From contig CAVSOU010000009.1 in assembly GCA_963729625.1 (NCBI GenBank), positions 64,001 through 128,000 on the forward strand: DNA of 64,000 nt. The letters run 5' to 3'. The notes beneath the pieces are model-generated. The model ran no database searches. It was given only the letters and a program-made list of their open reading frames with translations, and was not told the DNA's origin. The position numbers were made by a program, and so were the translations under genes. Positions 61,330 to 64,000 of this stretch are shown piece by piece; within the stretch, counting starts at the first letter, position 1, and each line of letters opens with the position of its first letter. The DNA is from an uncultured bacterium (GTDB taxonomy: Bacteria > Chloroflexota > UBA5177 > JANWHV01).

Positions 61330-63039
61330 ATGACGCAACGTGACGCGGCCGTTCCTACGACGCAATTCGCCGTTCAGTTGGTTGGACCGGGCCAACTGGT
61401 ATTGAACGCGAAGAAGGATGTTCTCCAGCCTGGTCCGCACGAGATCTTGGTGAAGGTGGATGCCGTCGGCCTCTGCTTCTCGGACCTGAAGCTGCTGAAG
61501 CAGTTCTCCGCTCACCCACGCAAAGGCGAGATCGTCACGGGTATCGCCCGCGAGGTGCTTGACTCGTGCCCCAGCTACGTGCCAGGCGACAAGCCCAGCG
61601 TGCCGGGACATGAAGTGGCCTGCCGCATTGTGGCGGTGGGCGATGCGGTCCAGCGCCATCGGGTCGGCGAGCGGTGCCTGGTGCAGACGGACTATCGCGG
61701 CCTCAAGACGCTCGGATCGAACGCCGCGTTCGGCTATAACTTTGAGGGCGGTTTGCAGGAGTATGTTCTGCTGGATGAACGCGTCACAGTCGAGGCCGCT
61801 ACGGGAGAGCGCTATCTGATCCCCGTGCCGGAGACGTTGGGTTCCTCGGCCGTCGCTCTGGTTGAACCGTGGGCTTGCGTCGAGGACGCCTACGCCCACG
61901 CCGACCGACGGACCATACTGGCGGGAGGACGTCTTCTGGCAGTCGCCGACGCCGGACACCAGGTCATCGGCCTTAGGGAAGCGGTTGCGGCGAGTGGTGG
62001 CAGTGTGTCGGTCACGGCCGTCACTGCCGATCCGGACCAACGGGGCGGCCTTGAGGCTCTCGGCTTCCCAATCGTGTACGCGGATCGGATTCAGGATCTG
62101 GTCGATGAAGGCTACGACGACATTGTGTATTTCGGCGCCTCAAAAGAGTCGATCGAGGTACTGAACAATAAGCTGGCGTCCTTCGGCATTATCAACATTG
62201 TGCTTGGCGGCGAGACGATCGGCCAGTTGGTGTCGGTAGGCGTCGGCCGTATCCACTACGGCTTTACGAGATGGATCGGCACGCCGGGACCGTCGGCGGC
62301 CGACTCCTACGCGATCATTCCTGAATCGGGCGAGTTGCGACCGCGCGACAAGGTACTGGTGGTCGGCGCCGGTGGGCCGATGGGACAGATGCACGTGATT
62401 CGCGGCCTGTGCTCTCAGATCGACGGGCTCTCGGTCGTGGGTACCGACGTGGACGACGCGCGGTTGGAATCGCTGCGGCGAAAGGCCGAGCCGCTGTCAC
62501 TGCGCAATGGTGTACCGTTGCGGTTGGTCAATACGGCCAAGGCTCCGCTCGACGAGCGCTTCAGCTACCAAATCCTCCTGGTTCCGGCCGGAGCGCTGGT
62601 GGCGGCCGCGATCCAAGCCAGCGACGACGGCGGCCTGATAGACATCTTCGCCGGCATTCCTGCTCCGACGCGTCACGACCTCGATCTGGACACGTACATC
62701 GCGCGCCGCTGCTACATGTTCGGCACCAGCGGCTCGGATATTCGCGACATGAAGATCATGCTCGACAAGGTGAACTCTGGGCAGCTGGACACGAACTGTT
62801 CGGTCGACGCGATATCAGGAATGGCGGGCGCGATTGACGGCATCGGCGCGGTGGAGAATCGCACGATGGCGGGGAAGATCGTCGTCTATCCGATGCTTCA
62901 CGACGTCGGATTGATTTCCCTGGCCGAGCTCGGCGATCGATTTCCCACCGTGGCTGCGAAGCTTGACGCGGGACAGTGGTGCAAAGAGGCGGAACAAGAA
63001 CTGCTCCGGGTGACCGCCGCGGTCAGCCCGAGCGTCTAG
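61330..63039 (+). CDS. Extended Zn-dependent medium-chain dehydrogenase (L-sorbose-1-phosphate reductase-like)
   Basis: GLCFSD, GHEV, LVEPWACV, VGAGGPMGQMH, GTSGS; about 570 aa; start 61324 or 61330. Confidence 0.82.
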   Translation: MTQRDAAVPTTQFAVQLVGPGQLVLNAKKDVLQPGPHEILVKVDAVGLCFSDLKLLKQFSAHPRKGEIVTGIAREVLDSCPSYVPGDKPSVPGHEVACRIVAVGDAVQRHRVGERCLVQTDYRGLKTLGSNAAFGYNFEGGLQEYVLLDERVTVEAATGERYLIPVPETLGSSAVALVEPWACVEDAYAHADRRTILAGGRLLAVADAGHQVIGLREAVAASGGSVSVTAVTADPDQRGGLEALGFPIVYADRIQDLVDEGYDDIVYFGASKESIEVLNNKLASFGIINIVLGGETIGQLVSVGVGRIHYGFTRWIGTPGPSAADSYAIIPESGELRPRDKVLVVGAGGPMGQMHVIRGLCSQIDGLSVVGTDVDDARLESLRRKAEPLSLRNGVPLRLVNTAKAPLDERFSYQILLVPAGALVAAAIQASDDGGLIDIFAGIPAPTRHDLDLDTYIARRCYMFGTSGSDIRDMKIMLDKVNSGQLDTNCSVDAISGMAGAIDGIGAVENRTMAGKIVVYPMLHDVGLISLAELGDRFPTVAAKLDAGQWCKEAEQELLRVTAAVSPSV

Positions 63040-63195
63040 GCGCGCCCGCTGGCCACGGGCTCGTGCCTGAGGTTGGACGGGTCGCCCGGATGAAATATCT
63101 GTGAGGTAACGATGACAAGTCGCACGTCATATCGTGCCGGTGCCGTATTGCCGCGGCACCTGCCGGATCTCGTTGTGCGAGAAGGGTTCCACTAG

Positions 63196-64000
63196 ATGGC
63201 GACAGTGGTCGAAATGCCGAAGCTTGGCAACACCGTCGAGGAGTGCCTCCTGGCGGCATGGCGAAAACACAAAGGCGATACCGTTGCCGAGGGCGAGATC
63301 ATCGCCGAGATTGAGACTGACAAGACCAACTTTGAGATCGCGGCGCCGGTGGCCGGCACACTCCTGGAGACGTTTTTCGAAGAGGGGGCGCTCGTTCCCG
63401 TCTTCACGAGTCTCTGCGTGATCGGCACGGCAGGCGAGGACGTCGAAGCTTTCCGGCCGCGCACTGCCGCCGACGGCACAGTTGTTGCTTGGAGCGGTGA
63501 AGCATCCGGCGGAAGCTCCGTACAGGCCAGTCCGGCCGTGCAGACGGCGCCGAACGTGGGATTCGCACCCGGTGCGCGTACGGCGCCACTTGCGCTGGGC
63601 CCGTTGAGCCCGCGGGCGCGACGGTTTGCCCGCGAACACGACTTTTACCCGGAAGCGGTAACGGGAAGCGGGCCGGGCGGCAGAGTCCTGGAGGGAGATC
63701 TGCGCGATCTCTACATGTCCTCGCCGCGCATCTCGCAGGCGGCAAGGCGACAGATGACACAGGGCTCGGTGGCGAATGGCGCCGGATCCGGCATCGGCGG
63801 CATGATACGCGCGGCCGACCTGACCGAGCCATCCACGCAGCGCCCGGCAGCGCCGCAACCGGCATCGACCACTGTCGAACGCGGCTCTACAACAGGCGAA
63901 CGCCTGTCTACGACCCGCGAGCGGATCGCGAAGCGCCTGCGGGAGTCCTTGAACTCAACCGCCCAGTACACGCTGAATGGCTCGGCCAACGCCGGCGGAT
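63196..64000 (+). CDS. Dihydrolipoamide acyltransferase (E2) of a 2-oxo-acid/acetoin dehydrogenase-type complex, 3' end outside window
   Basis: Not in ORF track; MATVVEMPKLGNTVEE...EIETDK lipoyl domain, SPRARRFA...GSGPGGRV E3-binding domain, then RERIAKRL. Confidence 0.92.
   Translation, partial: MATVVEMPKLGNTVEECLLAAWRKHKGDTVAEGEIIAEIETDKTNFEIAAPVAGTLLETFFEEGALVPVFTSLCVIGTAGEDVEAFRPRTAADGTVVAWSGEASGGSSVQASPAVQTAPNVGFAPGARTAPLALGPLSPRARRFAREHDFYPEAVTGSGPGGRVLEGDLRDLYMSSPRISQAARRQMTQGSVANGAGSGIGGMIRAADLTEPSTQRPAAPQPASTTVERGSTTGERLSTTRERIAKRLRESLNSTAQYTLNGSANAGG

Noticed and set aside
121-63989. Many long antisense or alternate-frame ORFs (e.g. 121-1233, 9673-10782, 32643-33980, 43213-44469, 49579-50916, 56263-57318)
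   Set aside because: Shadows of real genes expected at high GC; Arg/Ala/Pro-rich and without family motifs

Overview
GC-rich bacterial chromosomal window, probably Chloroflexota-like (inferred from gene types, not established). In order: a membrane-anchored clan-A glycoside hydrolase, a flippase-like membrane protein, tex, a decayed group II intron RT fragment fused to half an IS982-type element, system II cytochrome c biogenesis genes (resB/ccsA), manC, tRNA-Asn(GTT) and an epimerase. Next come a partial surface-polysaccharide cluster (priming transferase, two GT4, AlgD-like dehydrogenase, acetyltransferase, heparinase II/III-like lyase) and a sugar ABC/isomerase/Gfo cluster. The middle holds a P450 plus PAL-like NHL gene pair, a GAF histidine kinase, an rpe remnant with ROK/SDR/Gfo genes, an MFS pump and a metB-like gene. 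The last 18 kb is an L-rhamnose locus (two DeoR regulators, rhaTPQS, a URO-D-like gene, rhaB, rhaI, rhaM), followed by PHP protein, aldolase-SDR fusion, long MDR dehydrogenase and a lipoyl E2 gene that runs off the window. Best leads: that PHP/aldolase-SDR/MDR/E2 module, a dispersed ~23-bp hairpin element with covariation and nested duplication, and the P450-PAL pair. Four single-base frameshifts in three otherwise intact genes may be assembly errors. All calls come from motif recognition by eye; no searches were run.
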